A stretch of 64,000 nt of DNA, from contig CM120646.1 of NCBI GenBank assembly GCA_051362555.1, positions 20,522,001 to 20,586,000 of the forward strand, in the 5' to 3' direction. Within the stretch, counting starts at the first letter, position 1; every line of letters begins with the position of its first letter. Source of the stretch: Lingula anatina. Taxonomy: Eukaryota > Animalia > Brachiopoda. The translations under genes and the position numbers were made by a program. This document shows positions 38,601 through 51,609 of the stretch, piece by piece. The notes under the pieces are model-generated. The model saw only the letters and a list, made by a program, of their open reading frames with translations. It searched no databases and was not told where the DNA came from.

Positions 38601-41600
38601 ATTTTTTTAAAAATTTTTTTTAACTTACCTGCACTGAAAAGATGTCTTGATCAATTCCTCTGCGGCAACGCGGTCTGTCAGGTACTGTGGACACATGAGA
38701 GGCAAGCGGACGTGGCGCATCAACTCGGGCAGTGTGTCCACTCTGTTATCCATGTCTTTCTTTATCCAGGCCAACATGGCCTCAAACACCTGCAAAGTCA
38801 ATCAGCAGCAGAGAACTTGATTTCAATTACTATATTGATGTTATACAAAATTGTTAAGTTGGAGGACCAGCGCTGACTCTCTGTAAACACTGTTGAAAGT
38901 TTAAATTTTTTAAATTTCTTTTTATTTTTTATAAAATGACTTTCAATAAGCACAACAGCTTAAATTTAGGGTTGGTCCTTTTTATTTGATTCTATTTTTT
39001 AGGGGGAAGAAGTCAAACCAATCTTTTCCACTTACCAAAGCAATACCTAAAGCATATTTTCATATGAAAAAAAAAATAATAAATAAATAAAACATTCTGA
39101 CTTCCTCAAAATTAGGACTGGTCACGCTCTTAAATAACTTCTGATCATCAAATTTCTCATGCTTTACTCACGAAATGGAGTGGGGAAGACTGGAGGGGGT
39201 GAGAGAGAGGAGTGCAATTAAGTGTCCCACCCACCTGTTCCTCACTGGTCACATACAGCTCATCTCGGCACAGAATGTCCAACACCTCGGCCTGGCTGAG
39301 GTTCAAGAACTCTTCGGACCTGGACACCTCGATGAAATGCTTCTGCAGGTGCTTGTTAGCTGCCTCCACCAGCTGTTGACAAACAAACTGCTCTGCAAAG
39401 TTTCTGATGCCAAGGACGTTTGTAGGGTGCAGTCTACAATTTAAGTTATAAAACAAAATTATAACCAGATACCACTCAAAACCAGAAGCTCAAAATGACA
39501 TGTAAAAGGTTGCCAATGTGAAAGTTCTATTAGCTTTAGAAATAAAAATCCTTAACGGAAGCCAAACCAGCCATGTGGAAACTGAACAGCTTTGGCTGCA
39601 TGCTATAGAACAGCATGTCATTGGCATAATTTGTTAATAATTGTTATTTACTAAATAATCTTATCCATCAGTCACTCTGGTACCTACCTGTTTTTTAAAT
39701 AATCACTGCAGGCCTCTTTTACAGGATATAAATGGAGAAAACTTGCCCCAACAAGTAAAGCCTGAACTGACTTGCTATCAATTTGAACGCGGCCGTTGTA
39801 CGCATAATTGATCAGAGCTTCCAGGGCACTGAAATAAAACCCAATGCAACATTGTAAGGGCAATGGATACAATACTAATATCTGTAGTCTGCAGGCCAAA
39901 TGAATAGGAAAATATTTATGGAATTCAAATTTGTTATATTTTAAATGTGTAGTTAGAATGTAAGCTATCTAAAAATCACAGTGCAAGAAAATGCCTTAGG
40001 GCTCATTCCAATGAAACTATTTGATAGAGATCTCTCGCTGATTGCTTTCATATTAAGATATTAACAGGCATGCTCCTGGCGTTAGGTACAAAACAAAAAA
40101 GCTGGTAATTTTCAACAAAATAATTTTTGAAAATTCGTAAAAGGATTCTTTTTAAAAGACTGTGTACAAGTACAGTTACTTGTACAAAATTCATATTTTA
40201 TATGGCATTGAACAAATAAAAAAATAATTAATTAAAAAATAAATAATTTAAATAAATTCATGCCTCTACAATGTCCTACCTAGCCTCTATTCCCTGCATG
40301 GAGATCTCGTCCTGCTTGGACTCCACCATATCATGAGTGAACATGGCTTGAAAATAGGGAATGGTGGCAGCTAGGACAATTCTGTGGGCTGAAAACTTCT
40401 GGTCACTCACCTGAAATTGGTGATAAGAAAATGTTGACAATAGCATATTTTTGTTCTTTTCATGATAAAAAATTTGAAATAAGATAAAGGTTAGAGCTGG
40501 CAAAACTGTCGACTAAACTGTACTGTAACTACAGTGGGTATTTGATTGTCTGCTACTAAATATCAAAGTTCTATTAATGCATGACTAAATCTGAGCATTT
40601 TTTGCAATTCTATTATCTTCATAGAGTTGGGGTTTTGTTGCTGTTGTTGCACAATGTGTCACACAGTGTTTCATGTGACATCACACAGATCGTTTTACTT
40701 TTAATGTGACATCACACAGCTTGTTTTACCTTTATGCAGCTTCACACAGCTTATTTTACCTTTAATGTGACATCACACAGCTCATTTTTCCATTAATGTG
40801 ACATCACATGAGTGTTTTACCTTTAGTGTGACATCACAGTTTATTTTACCTTTAATGTGACATCACACAGCTTGCCCTGTCTCCTTATTGCTTCCATAAC
40901 AGGAAAAGCTTGACAAGACAGGTCTTTCTGCTCAAATATCACAGTGTCTTCAATCCCGCTGGCCCTGTTGTTCACCTAATCAGAAAATTAAAGTCACGTT
41001 TTACTTTAGATTATTAGCACTGCAAAAACAGAAAGGCAACTGCCAAATAGACCTTTTACGTGCAAAAGGCTGTATTGCTGCTCAGAGATATGCATTACCC
41101 CTACTGCAGGTAGATTTCACTTGATTTGAGGCCCACTGGAACTGCCCAACACATATCAGATTTAGGAACAACCAGAATTATGTAAATATTATGGTGTCTT
41201 GGTTTCTGCGTTGTCATGTATATACTGGTACAAAGTGCAGGGTCTTTAAACGATATATAGTACAGGCCCGTTGCCAGCAATTTGAAATGGGCAGTTCTTT
41301 TTTCTGAAAAAAAAAATAGCCTTATACCATTAAACCTTCGTGTCCCTAGATAAAATTTTAACCAGACTGGCACATCTTTTCCTGGCAAAATGTTGTTTTT
41401 TTTTTTTTTTCCGAAACCCCCAAACCCCTTGGTTGTGGGCCTGTAGCATATTGCATAAGGAATTCATGCGTTTAGAATTCTACACTGTGGACAAATCAAA
41501 ATTGTTAGCAGCCAGGAGTAGTTACGCATGGGTTTCATGCTAGGTATGCATACAGTAATACCAGTATTCAAATTCAGCATAGAGTAATCAAAATTAAATT

Positions 41601-42153
41601 AATTGTCAGTTTCTAGTGATACTGATAAAGAAGACATGAATGGAAAACAACAACAGCAAAAATTCGTAACATCTGCAAATGTTTTTCCATCGTCCTCTCC
41701 CTTCCAACATTTTTATTTTTTATAATATCATTATCCATGGTAATAATAATAATAATAATATTAATAAACAAAGATTTAAAGCAAAGATGGTGCATATCAT
41801 TCATGTCACTTGAAATTTATTTAGAACATAAAAGAGAGGATTGGATTAAAAGTATAAAGTGTGAAAATAAAAAGCGATGGAATAAATACTTTCTGTTATT
41901 GTGCATTCAATTACATAATCGATAATATAAATTAATGTAATTGTCAACTCTAGCACTGAAAATATAACCCAATTTCATTTATCGCACAGGCGGAATGTAG
42001 ATCAGCTGCTTTCACCGTTTGGGCTCTGTTCAATACCTTAAAGGTTGCCGGGGCATCTGCAATCATTCCCTGGCGTCTAATATCTTGAATAGCAAGAAAA
42101 GACTTGGGTGAAATATCGAGGTGGTCGAGTTCTGACTCGACGAGGCTCTCCAT
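32037..42153 (-). CDS. KLHL18: Kelch-like protein 18 (BTB-BACK-6xKelch CUL3 adaptor), ~613 aa
   Basis: 12 exons: 42037-42153, 40850-40975, 40280-40410, 39688-39828, 39235-39433, 38629-38789, 36864-37000, 36460-36567, 34671-34785, 33108-33212, 32831-32942, 32037-32426. [100 protein letters not shown] are KLHL18-like. Confidence 0.93.
34181..34405. mobile_element. Foldback MITE, family B copy 1 (KLHL18 intron)
   Basis: Ends gggtgctttcccagagatttagatcgatcta / tagatcgatctaaaaatctatggaaatggggc; internal gggggttcacgctaaattgc resembles ggggtttcttgctaaattgc in 55194-55437. Confidence 0.65.
36266..36490 (-). repeat. 45-bp tandem array spanning a KLHL18 exon end and its 5' splice site (4 perfect + 1 degenerate copy)
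   Basis: Unit ataacacaacttaccatctagaactgccactcccaccctgcttct starts at 36311, 36356, 36401, 36446; degenerate copy at 36266-36310. Confidence 0.95.
40669..40873 (-). repeat. ~30-bp degenerate tandem array spanning the KLHL18 exon 2 end and donor (~7 copies)
   Basis: Unit approximately ttttacctttaatgtgacatcacacagctt, which on the minus strand reads aagctgtgtgatgtcacattaaag|gtaaaa (KLCDVTLK|donor). Confidence 0.9.
41263..41443. mobile_element. ~180-bp MITE-like repeat, family A copy 2 (KLHL18 intron 1)
   Basis: Inverted ends caggcccgttgcca / tggttgtgggcctg; internal similarity to the other two copies. Confidence 0.65.
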
Positions 42154-42651
42154 CTTGAAATTCTGTATTAGTAAAGGCTAACGCAATCAGTGTGTCGCAT
42201 CTAGCACAATCTTATAGCTCTACTTCATATTTTAATGATCCTGCATTTGATAAATTTCCCTTTTTTTTATGTCGATGGGTGTGGTGAAAAGGAAATTATC
42301 TAAACTGAAACTCATAAGTCGAGAAATCAAGAAAAAAATGGTTTTAATGCCTACATTTTTTGCTAAGATTACGTTAAAGTAATATTTCGCCCAATCCTTC
42401 GCATGTTAAAAAACGAAATATGAAAAACCTATTTCCATTTTTTTAAATCTAAGAATAATGCTATTTATGAAATAAAACGAGGAGTAAATCTTTTTATCAA
42501 AAATATATCACAAAAGTTCTCGGAATAAGACGCTGACTCCGCATCAATGCAAGAAATGGCGGAGGCCGGCGGCCAAGGCAGGCAGTCGTCAGCAGAAAGA
42601 GATTATTAATTAAAAACACAGTTTTTCGTTGTGTCTCGTCACTCTGAGAAA
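42154..42651. promoter_or_regulatory. Putative bidirectional promoter region between KLHL18 and LNPK
   Basis: Divergent start codons ~500 bp apart; YY1-like aaatggcgg at ~42554. Confidence 0.6.
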
Positions 42652-45600
42652 ATGGGTGCAATTGTATCAAGATGGCGGGTATGTGTTGTACGTTTTCAAG
42701 CAGTATTTGTCACATGATACTGAAAGATATTGTTTATGTCTGCTTTCGTGTTTGCACATTACTGTGAAATAACGACGGCCATCAACAATCTTAAAATAAA
42801 AGATAAAAGTTGAACTGGGTTGTAGCTTGAAGAGATAAGTGGCAGATTATTATCACACACCGGTGTTTCGGGCATGTGCTTGTTTGTGTGTCAATTTTGT
42901 ATCATTTCATTGTCTTTATTTTGTAGCACGATAACAACTGAACAACCATATGAAACGACACTATACTAGTGCAATTATTATTATTGGCCTTGTAATGACT
43001 TGTTAATATGTTTATCTATAGACTTTGTGTGACTCACACAATGGCTGTTTAAAGATGGACTGACTTACATAGGCGTGATATGATCTCATTTCCTTCATTA
43101 GTTATCTAACTAACATTTGAACTTGTGACATTTTAAGACTCGGTCCATAGTATTTTCTGGGAATTGATCCCATTTTATAGGCACTTCATGAATCTTATAC
43201 TTGTGTTTCTATCAGGAAACTTTGGGTGATATCACCTTTCTGACCTCAGAAACATATTGACCTCAGAAAAAGTATATAATTGGATGATATATTATTATGA
43301 TTTTGTGTATAAAAAAGTGAATAATATACAGGCTTAAGATTTAAATGTTAAAATTAAATTTTAGGAAATGATTATTTAAAAATACATAAAAGAGCTTCTA
43401 TTATATGCACATGCTACAATTATTCTCATATTATATAATATCATATAATATTTATATATTCCTCAATTTTTTTCACAAGTAGGCACTAGGAGCCCAAGAT
43501 GGGTACAAACCGTACATACAGCACAATACCAACACAATTCATTTACTTATTAACTGATTTTTTTTATTTGTTTTTTGATAACAGAAAAAGCCATCCACCA
43601 TAGAAGTCCTAGAGGACATAGACAAGGTAAGAGCCTTTGAATAATATTTATAATAGCTGATTACTAATAGAATGTATATCACATCAGTGTGCACAGTTCT
43701 GGGGCTAAAATGGGCAAATTTTTAAGAGGCCAACTTGTTCTTTGTATTTTTTCTTTTGTGTGTATTTTACCCTGTGGTCTATACAGTGTACAGTATCTAT
43801 ATATTTACAGTACATTATTAACATAGATTTCTTTTTTCTAGATAAACTTAGTCCTACCCTTGGGTCAGTGAAATAATTTCCAAACATTATACTTGCATAT
43901 GCATGGATTTCCAAAATTATGATATAATTTAAATGGGTGAATAGAATTATAATTTCATTTTTATCTGCATTTCACAGGATATCAAGTCTATAGAAAAATT
44001 CAAGCAGCACAATTTGGAGCTCCAGAAGAAGATCATTGGTTCCCTTCTCCTGTACTCCATACTGTTTTATATCTCCGCAGCAGTAGTCTTCTATTTTTAT
44101 TACATGCCCAAGAAATTACAGCTCAAAATCCTATACTCCTTGCCATTGTTGTTCTTCCCAGTATTGTAAGTATTGTTGAGGTGGTTATAGTTGTTATTAT
44201 TTTATTCTGGGAGTTAATAATTGCACTGGCATAATGATTGTACTGTGACAGAAATTTTGTTGAGTTTATTAGGAATTGTATTAATATAGTATAATTATTG
44301 TACTCTACGGGAAATGTGAAATTGCAATCCTATAGTTGAAAAAAAAAATGAAATAAATTGAAAACATATTATATATCCCAGTTTGCTTTTTACAGAATAT
44401 GGTTGATCAAGAAAATTCTCCATTGGTATTTTGTAAAAAGAATAGCAAGTAATGGTAAGAAATATTATACAACTATTATCGAAATGGGGGGAGTTTCAAA
44501 CCTTGACAAAAAATTAAAATAATAGACATTGGCAAAATAATGCCGATAAAAGACACAGTTCATATGTTAGAATTATCTACTAAATGGTGCTTTTTTGTTC
44601 TCAGTTAATTTTATTCACATTATATTTCATTTTTTTTCATTGATTTAGCATATGTTAATTTTGTAATGATGTAATTTAAAAACTTATTTTTAAATGCAGT
44701 CAACTTAATTTCCAGATTTCAAACTTGAAGAACTAAAAGAAAGGAGAAAGACCATTGTAAGTGAATGACTATATTGTTTTTGCTTAAAGCTAAATGTCTG
44801 GCATGCTGAAAGATAAATATCATACATACATCAGTGCAGAAGTGGTGAGGTTTGTGTTTATTTTTCACATTAGAGAGAGAGAGAGAGAGATTGCTCGTTA
44901 ACCCCTGCGGTCTCAACAGGCTGTGTATAGCAGTACCCTCAACCAGGGTCCCAAAGAGACATTGTATTCAGTAGATATATCCATGATGTACCTTTGCTTA
45001 TTTCTCTGTGCTTTACTTTGTTGTTTTCTGTTCAGTAAGAATTTTCGTCACCCAATTGGGCTCTTGTAGATAGCAGAATAGCACAGGTGCAATGTGTAAG
45101 TTTCAAACTCAATGTTTATGTTACAATTATAACAGGCTCCTAAAACTATTGTAACAGCTAAACTCAGAGTTATTAGCACTCAGATATTTCAATGTCTCAC
45201 AAGCCACTTTCACCAGAGAATAAGATTGCAGGTGTTACAGTAACTTTACCTGAGGAGTGCAGCCCTATTCCCTGATGAAGACATTAGATATTAGAAATAT
45301 GGGAGTAGTAATTTTTCCTAAGGAACAGTTCTAATGTAATTGCAACTTATGAGTGCATACAACAGCAGGTGAAATTTCTTTCCTGAGGTTTCACACGGCT
45401 GTGGTCTCAATGTGCTCTCTTGACTCTGGGTCACTCATTTTACCTTTTTTATTTATCTTTGGGGGTAGTTATTAGAAATTATTGGTAGATAATTGAATTG
45501 GTGCAATTTTGATAGTTGTCTTGGGTTTGTTAGGAAAAGCACATGATAAAAAAGCACCCAATTAAACCTCATTTGCAGTGGTGTATTCATTTAATTAATA

Positions 45601-45966
45601 TATGCTTGTTAGAAGGATTAAATTTTTTATGCATGAAATGTTTTTGTGTCACTTATAATTAGTAGCATGCACTACATAATTGCCAGAATTTGTTTTTTTT
45701 TTATTATTTCGTAGCTTGAAGAAGTGATGGAAAAAGAAACCTACAAAAAGGCCAAAGAGATTTTAGAGAGGTTTGACCCTGAGCAATATAAGAAAATGGA
45801 GGTATGAACTTCAAGGCAGTATTTGTCATGAAAAATTATTTTTGTTTATTACTTGAATCAAGAAATTAAGTTGGTAGAGCCTGTCAAAATACAGTAATAC
45901 TCCTAAATTAGTATAAACCACAATGTCTCTTATCAGGATATTAGCAGTGAACTATTATTATTATTA

Positions 45967-46008
<42 letters not shown>

Positions 46009-48213
46009 CAATGGATTAAATGTTTATAAATATCTTGTTTTAGTCTATTTCTATTTATTCTCTAGGCCAGTCCAAAATCAACGCCTGCGCCAGCTCAGTC
46101 GCCTAACGGCCAAGGTTTGTTATCCAGCATACGCACCTAGCCATTTAGTAATAAGTAGTATTGTATTTATAATCAGGGTTACAGTGTATTAACATTTTGA
46201 TACAGGATAAAGAGTACAGAATTACGATGACCATGCAGTTTCCTATCCCTCATGGTCTTGTGTACATGTTGCTATGACAGCATTAACTGTTTTAATATCA
46301 AAATATAATGATTACAAGTCGTAGATGCACACACTCTCTCATGCACGTGCATGTACTGTACGTGGGCACCCACATCTTCCATAAATTAGATCAGTCCACA
46401 GAAAGTCGTCTTTCATTTATTTAATAATTCATTTATTTTTATTTGATTAGTTTTATTATTATTATTTTTTTTTCAAAATCAGAACTTCGCCAGAGGCCTG
46501 CCAATGGACAAGCAGCAGTCAGCCCAGGGTTGGCCTCCCCCACCCCCACCCCCACTCCAGGGCAGCCAGTCTCTACACCCCTACCCCCCAGACCAGGGAC
46601 AGCCATGGGTAGACCTATGACTGGGGTCAGGAACGCTGGCTTTGGTAAGGAGGGGTGTGCCTGGTGCACCCTACATGTCACCCTGCAGTGAGGGTTTCTG
46701 TGAGATTTCACTGTGTCATGTTAGGATCTTGCCTTCATGTGGAATTTTTGGCTTTGCCCACAGTTTTTTCTTTTTTACTTTCATTTATTATTATTTTTTT
46801 GTTGTTGTTGTTCATAATCTCTTTAAACCCATTCCCATTATCATATATATATATGAAATTTTTGGATATTATTATAACATTTGTTAATTTTGTTAAGCAC
46901 AGAGAAATTAATGAAGATTCTGCCATTCAAGAATTATTTCTCAGATTGTTGTTTATTATTGTTCATCTTGTTATTTAAAACATTTTTTTATTACCATATT
47001 CACTCCCCACCCCCTGCCTTTTCAGGCCGTCCCCCAGGTCCTCCCATGCCGCGACAAATCCTGCCCCGAGAGAGGAGCAACACAGACAAGATCATCGAGT
47101 ACCTGGTGGGGGACGGACCCTCCAACCGCTACGCCCTGATCTGCTGTGAGTGCAGGTCTCACAATGGGATGGCACTCAAGGAGGAGTTTGAATATCTGAG
47201 TGAGTGAAGGTTCTATTGAGGTCACAAAGACAAACAAATGAGTCTAGACTAACACCTGTTATCGTGTGACATTATTGTATAATAGCAGAAATTGTATTTT
47301 CCTAGAAACTGATGAGAAAATATCTATCTAGCGACTCGTCTTTCAGTTCCACATTTCTCACATCATGGGCAAAAAAAAAAAAAAAACATTTTTTCTCTCC
47401 ATTATGAAGGTAACTAAAAAAAATAGAACTTAAAGAATAGGTTACTGGTATTGTATTCCTTGGTGATTAAGGGAGAGTTTTGAAATGAACAGGAAAATTT
47501 GTTTGTTTGAAAATGGTTTCTTCACTTATCGTAGTTGACAATTATGATTAAGTTGTCAAAATGAAATCAATATATTAATTTTATTTTGTCTTTTAAGGTA
47601 AAAGCATGTGAAAACCTGTTTTGGCCTATGAAAATAAATTCCTTATATTAATCTGAAGTATTATATTGTTAATGAATACAATTTCTTGTTTTTATCTGAT
47701 TCTCTCAGTGCTATAATTATAATATTTGTAGGTTTTCGGTGCTGTTACTGCTTCACTTTTAATGAAGCCAGAAAGCATCGTCCACAAGCTCCTAGACCAA
47801 CATATACTCCCATGACCTCTAGAGGAAGAACTGAGACTGAAAGAGGTATGTTTGTGAAGATTTTTCCTCAGGGGAAGACTGCTTTAATGTAGACAAAAAT
47901 GCTGCATTCAGCCAAGGGCTGTTTTAGTCAGAAAATTGTACATTATTATATATAATAAAATTTGTTTTCAAGAAGTTCAGTATTATTTGCCTGGACTAGT
48001 ATTGTTTGTAGTATCAATGACTGCAAGTTTCAGAGACAAAAAAAGGCCATTTTCTTCATTTTCATATGATTTTAAGCAGCATTCATTGTTTTTATTTATT
48101 TTTTTAAACTAGGCTCTGAAGATGACGAGGCCGAAGAAGCTGACACAAAAGGTCAAAGTTCACAAGAATCCAACAGACAACCTAAAAATGCTATCGACAA
48201 AAAAACAGACTAA
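42652..48213 (+). CDS. LNPK: Lunapark, ER junction formation factor, ~347 aa
   Basis: 11 exons: 42652-42678, 43585-43626, 43978-44165, 44396-44454, 44716-44756, 45715-45801, 46066-46114, 46483-46644, 47026-47199, 47732-47845, 48113-48213. MGAIVSRWR myristoylation-type start, two TM segments, LEEVMEKETYKKAKEILERFDP, DKIIEYLVGDGPSNRYALICCECRSHNGMALKEEFEY, FRCCYCFTFNEARK zinc ribbon. Confidence 0.96.
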
Positions 48214-51200
48214 TCACATTGGGCTCATTAAATTCTATTTGTATTTAATCAGTTTATTTTATGCATGATGTAAACTATTTTCTGCACAGCTGAAAGGCAC
48301 TGTGATCTTGGATTGAAGTGGACAGGACAGGATTATTTTCTTACGTAGAAAGGCATACTAGTATGTTCATTGCAACCATGTAGTACTGTACCAGTAGATC
48401 CTAGGGTTCAGGGCAAAGAAGTTGATATTGAATTATTTCATTTCATTTTTTTTTCATTTAGATTATTATTGTTGTTGTTATCTTTTTTGTTATCATTATT
48501 ATTATTGTATTTTATTCATTTGTTTGTTCATTGATTTGTGCAGAGGTACTTTTTAGTTTGGTATTTTTGTCTAGGAGAATCAGAAAAGGAGCGCTAGCGC
48601 TGCAGCACAAAACTTGACAGGGGAAATTTAGAGAGTTTATGGGGAACCTCACTGAAACTAAAGAGATGTAAGAGAGGTTTAAAAGGAAATGTCAGATTTA
48701 TAAAAATAGCATAATATTCCTTGAATGAGGCATGATGAAACATATTAATGTATCTCCTAAAAAAGAATTGTTTGGGTTAAGATTGTTAATGGGCCAAACA
48801 AAAGACACTTCTAAATAGGTTTATGTTTGTGGCAGGTGACCATAAAACAAAATGAACATGCTGTAAATTACAGGTTATGCAAAACCCTTAGACCTTTATG
48901 TGTTACTTAGTAATTTAAGTTAGAAAAATGTGTCACATGAATATAAATGGTATGATATAATGTGTGTTTAATGGGAGATGATGCTGTTAAATGATGCATT
49001 TCTGTCACAAGTAGGGCACTTTAAAAAAGCAGGAAAAAGAAATGCTGAACATGAAAATTATAATAGACCCTACTTGATTGTCTAGTAATGAGAGCATCTC
49101 CCACCTATGATAAGAAATTTATTTTAAAATAATCTGAGTTTGAGTTGTACAAGTGAAATTCTTTAGGACTTATTTATTTTTATTATTTGTGTGCAGTTAG
49201 AAAAGCTAGTTAGCCTTAGGACTTTAACCGTAAATAGTATAGTTTTACTTGAGAGTTTCTTGGACCAAGTCATATTATGTATTTATTTCTATTAATTTAT
49301 TGAGTCATGAATTTGTACACAAAATATTGTACTTTTTGAAAAATGTGGATTGTCCCAATGCCAAGTGAGGTTGAAAAAACTTGTTCCTAAGAAAATGATA
49401 ATTATTATATCTATCATTCTAGGTAGTTAGGGGAAGGTGCTTGATTTGGGTACGTATATTGTGGTAAATTGTATTCAAAATGAAGATCTGTTAAAACCAC
49501 ACATTTCAGTATGTCATTCCTTTTAGTAACTAGCCACCTGGTAAATTTTGTGATTTCTCAGCATGGAGTGAAAAAGGGCTTGTCTTCAGCTCTAAGGAGT
49601 GAGAAACTAAATTATTATTATGACAAGTTTACCTTATAGGCTAACAATGAGCACTAGACCTTTTTATAGCAAAAAATAAATAAAAATAAAATAAAGATAA
49701 AATAAAAACAATGAAAAATCAAATAAAATAATAAGTATTTTAATAACTCTCCTGAAAATATCTCATCAACTGAAAAGTACATATATGTTGTGTTTAAAAC
49801 TGTTAACAACTAATGATCTATACATCCATTATTTTAAATTTTGGATCAGTTCTAAGTAGGATATACTACGGAACTACCGTTAAGTTGGTGTATTGGGAAA
49901 GTTGAAGAAAAATCCATGGAATGAGATTGTGTTATTGTATGTCTATCTAGGTCTTGTGGTCTTTGAAAACTTATTGTAAGTGCCGAGAGCACAATTATAC
50001 AAACTTTTGCATGTGTCAATAAAGATGGAGGTTCGCATGTGTACACCAGAATCTGTTTTTTCATTAATTTGAACAGAAAATGGGTATCATTGACACCAAA
50101 TGAATTCACAAATAAGGCAAAGCTGTCATAAGTACAGACAAAAGCAGAAAAAAAGGCAATTATGGCAGTGCAAAAAATTATATCACAATGCAAATAACCA
50201 CTGTTACTACTGAATAATGTACTTTATTTTTTTATAGTTTTTTATTTAGATGTGAAAATTGAGTAATTGTCTTCAATACAGGGCTTCAGGTCCAAAGATT
50301 TTTGAAAATAACAACTTGAAAATGCCAATGTTTGAAAAATGTAAAGGCACACCATTTCTACAGAACATAAAACAAGCCTACAGTACTCAGTAGGTGACTT
50401 TTCAATGACTTTCCACTTCCTCTTTTTCATTAAACAGTTCTGCACAAGAGGTTACATGTATGTGTATTGTGGCAAAATATGCCCCAAAATATGCTTGTCT
50501 TCATTTTTGCAGTCTGTGGGATAACAGTATGGAGCTCCATTATGTTGCAGAGCATGTGGAAAACGCAGCAGTCAGAACCGAGATTGCGACACACATAATA
50601 TGGTACGTTCATCAATTAAAAAGATGTTCCAGCAGGTAAGGGGTGTATCAAATAAAACAACAAATTTTTAAAATGTGTCAACCATTTTAATTCCAGCTGA
50701 CTTCCCAATGTTTCCCTATAAGTGATCCCGCTGTTCAAAGAAATGCCATATTATTATGCCCAATGTGATATTCCACATTCATAGAAACTAAGGTATTTTT
50801 CCAATCTGGAAACCTGGCAAGTATCTTTGCTAAACACTACTTACTCAGCACTGGGTACTTTTACTATTATACACGGAAGGGGGTGTATTTCATTTAGATA
50901 TATACATCTTTGCATTCACAATGAACAGTATATCTTGCATACTGTTCATTATTTATGGTAAAAAAGGGTCTTCACCAATGGACACAGACATAGTTTTTTT
51001 TTTTCAATCTCATGATTGGCAGAGTTACATAATTTCAACCTATGCCCATTTTTTTTCACCTGACAGTTTATTTTTAAATCTTTCAAATGGATACGACAGA
51101 AAATCCAGGTACTAAACATAGTATTATTACAGTAAATGAAAAATCTCCCTTGTTTGACTATTTAGCATAATGTGACTGTTTAATATCAATATACTTATCT

Positions 51201-51415
51201 TTTACACTTTACATTTGTGTCTCCATCTTGACAATATCATAATTTCTTTATATTATAACCAAATTCTTGAAAACTTAAGTGCATTATTTTGAATTAACAG
51301 TCATGTAATAGCTGCCTTGATTATACCCTTGAGCACATGTACAGTTTACCTAAATATAAATCTATGTTCTTACATGAAAGTAAATAACTTAGTAGTTATT
51401 ACAAAATTAATATAA

Positions 51416-51609
51416 TACTGTATCCAAAAAGTGTATTCACTCTTTCACTGCCCATTACATTTTTAAATGTTTACTAACATAGATACTAGTTATAACAATA
51501 ATTATAACAAAATGTCATGATCATGATGGCATAAAAGACAACTTTGTACTAAAAAAAATATACATTATTGGGCAGTGGAGGAGTAGAAACATTTTTGGGA
51601 CACACTGTA
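51416..51609. mobile_element. Degenerate Tc1/mariner-like MITE
   Basis: Right end reverse-complements to TA-cagtgtgtcccaaaaatgtttctactcctccactgcccaata, matching left end TA-ctgtatccaaaaagtgtattcactctttcactgcccatta; TA flanks. Confidence 0.6.
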
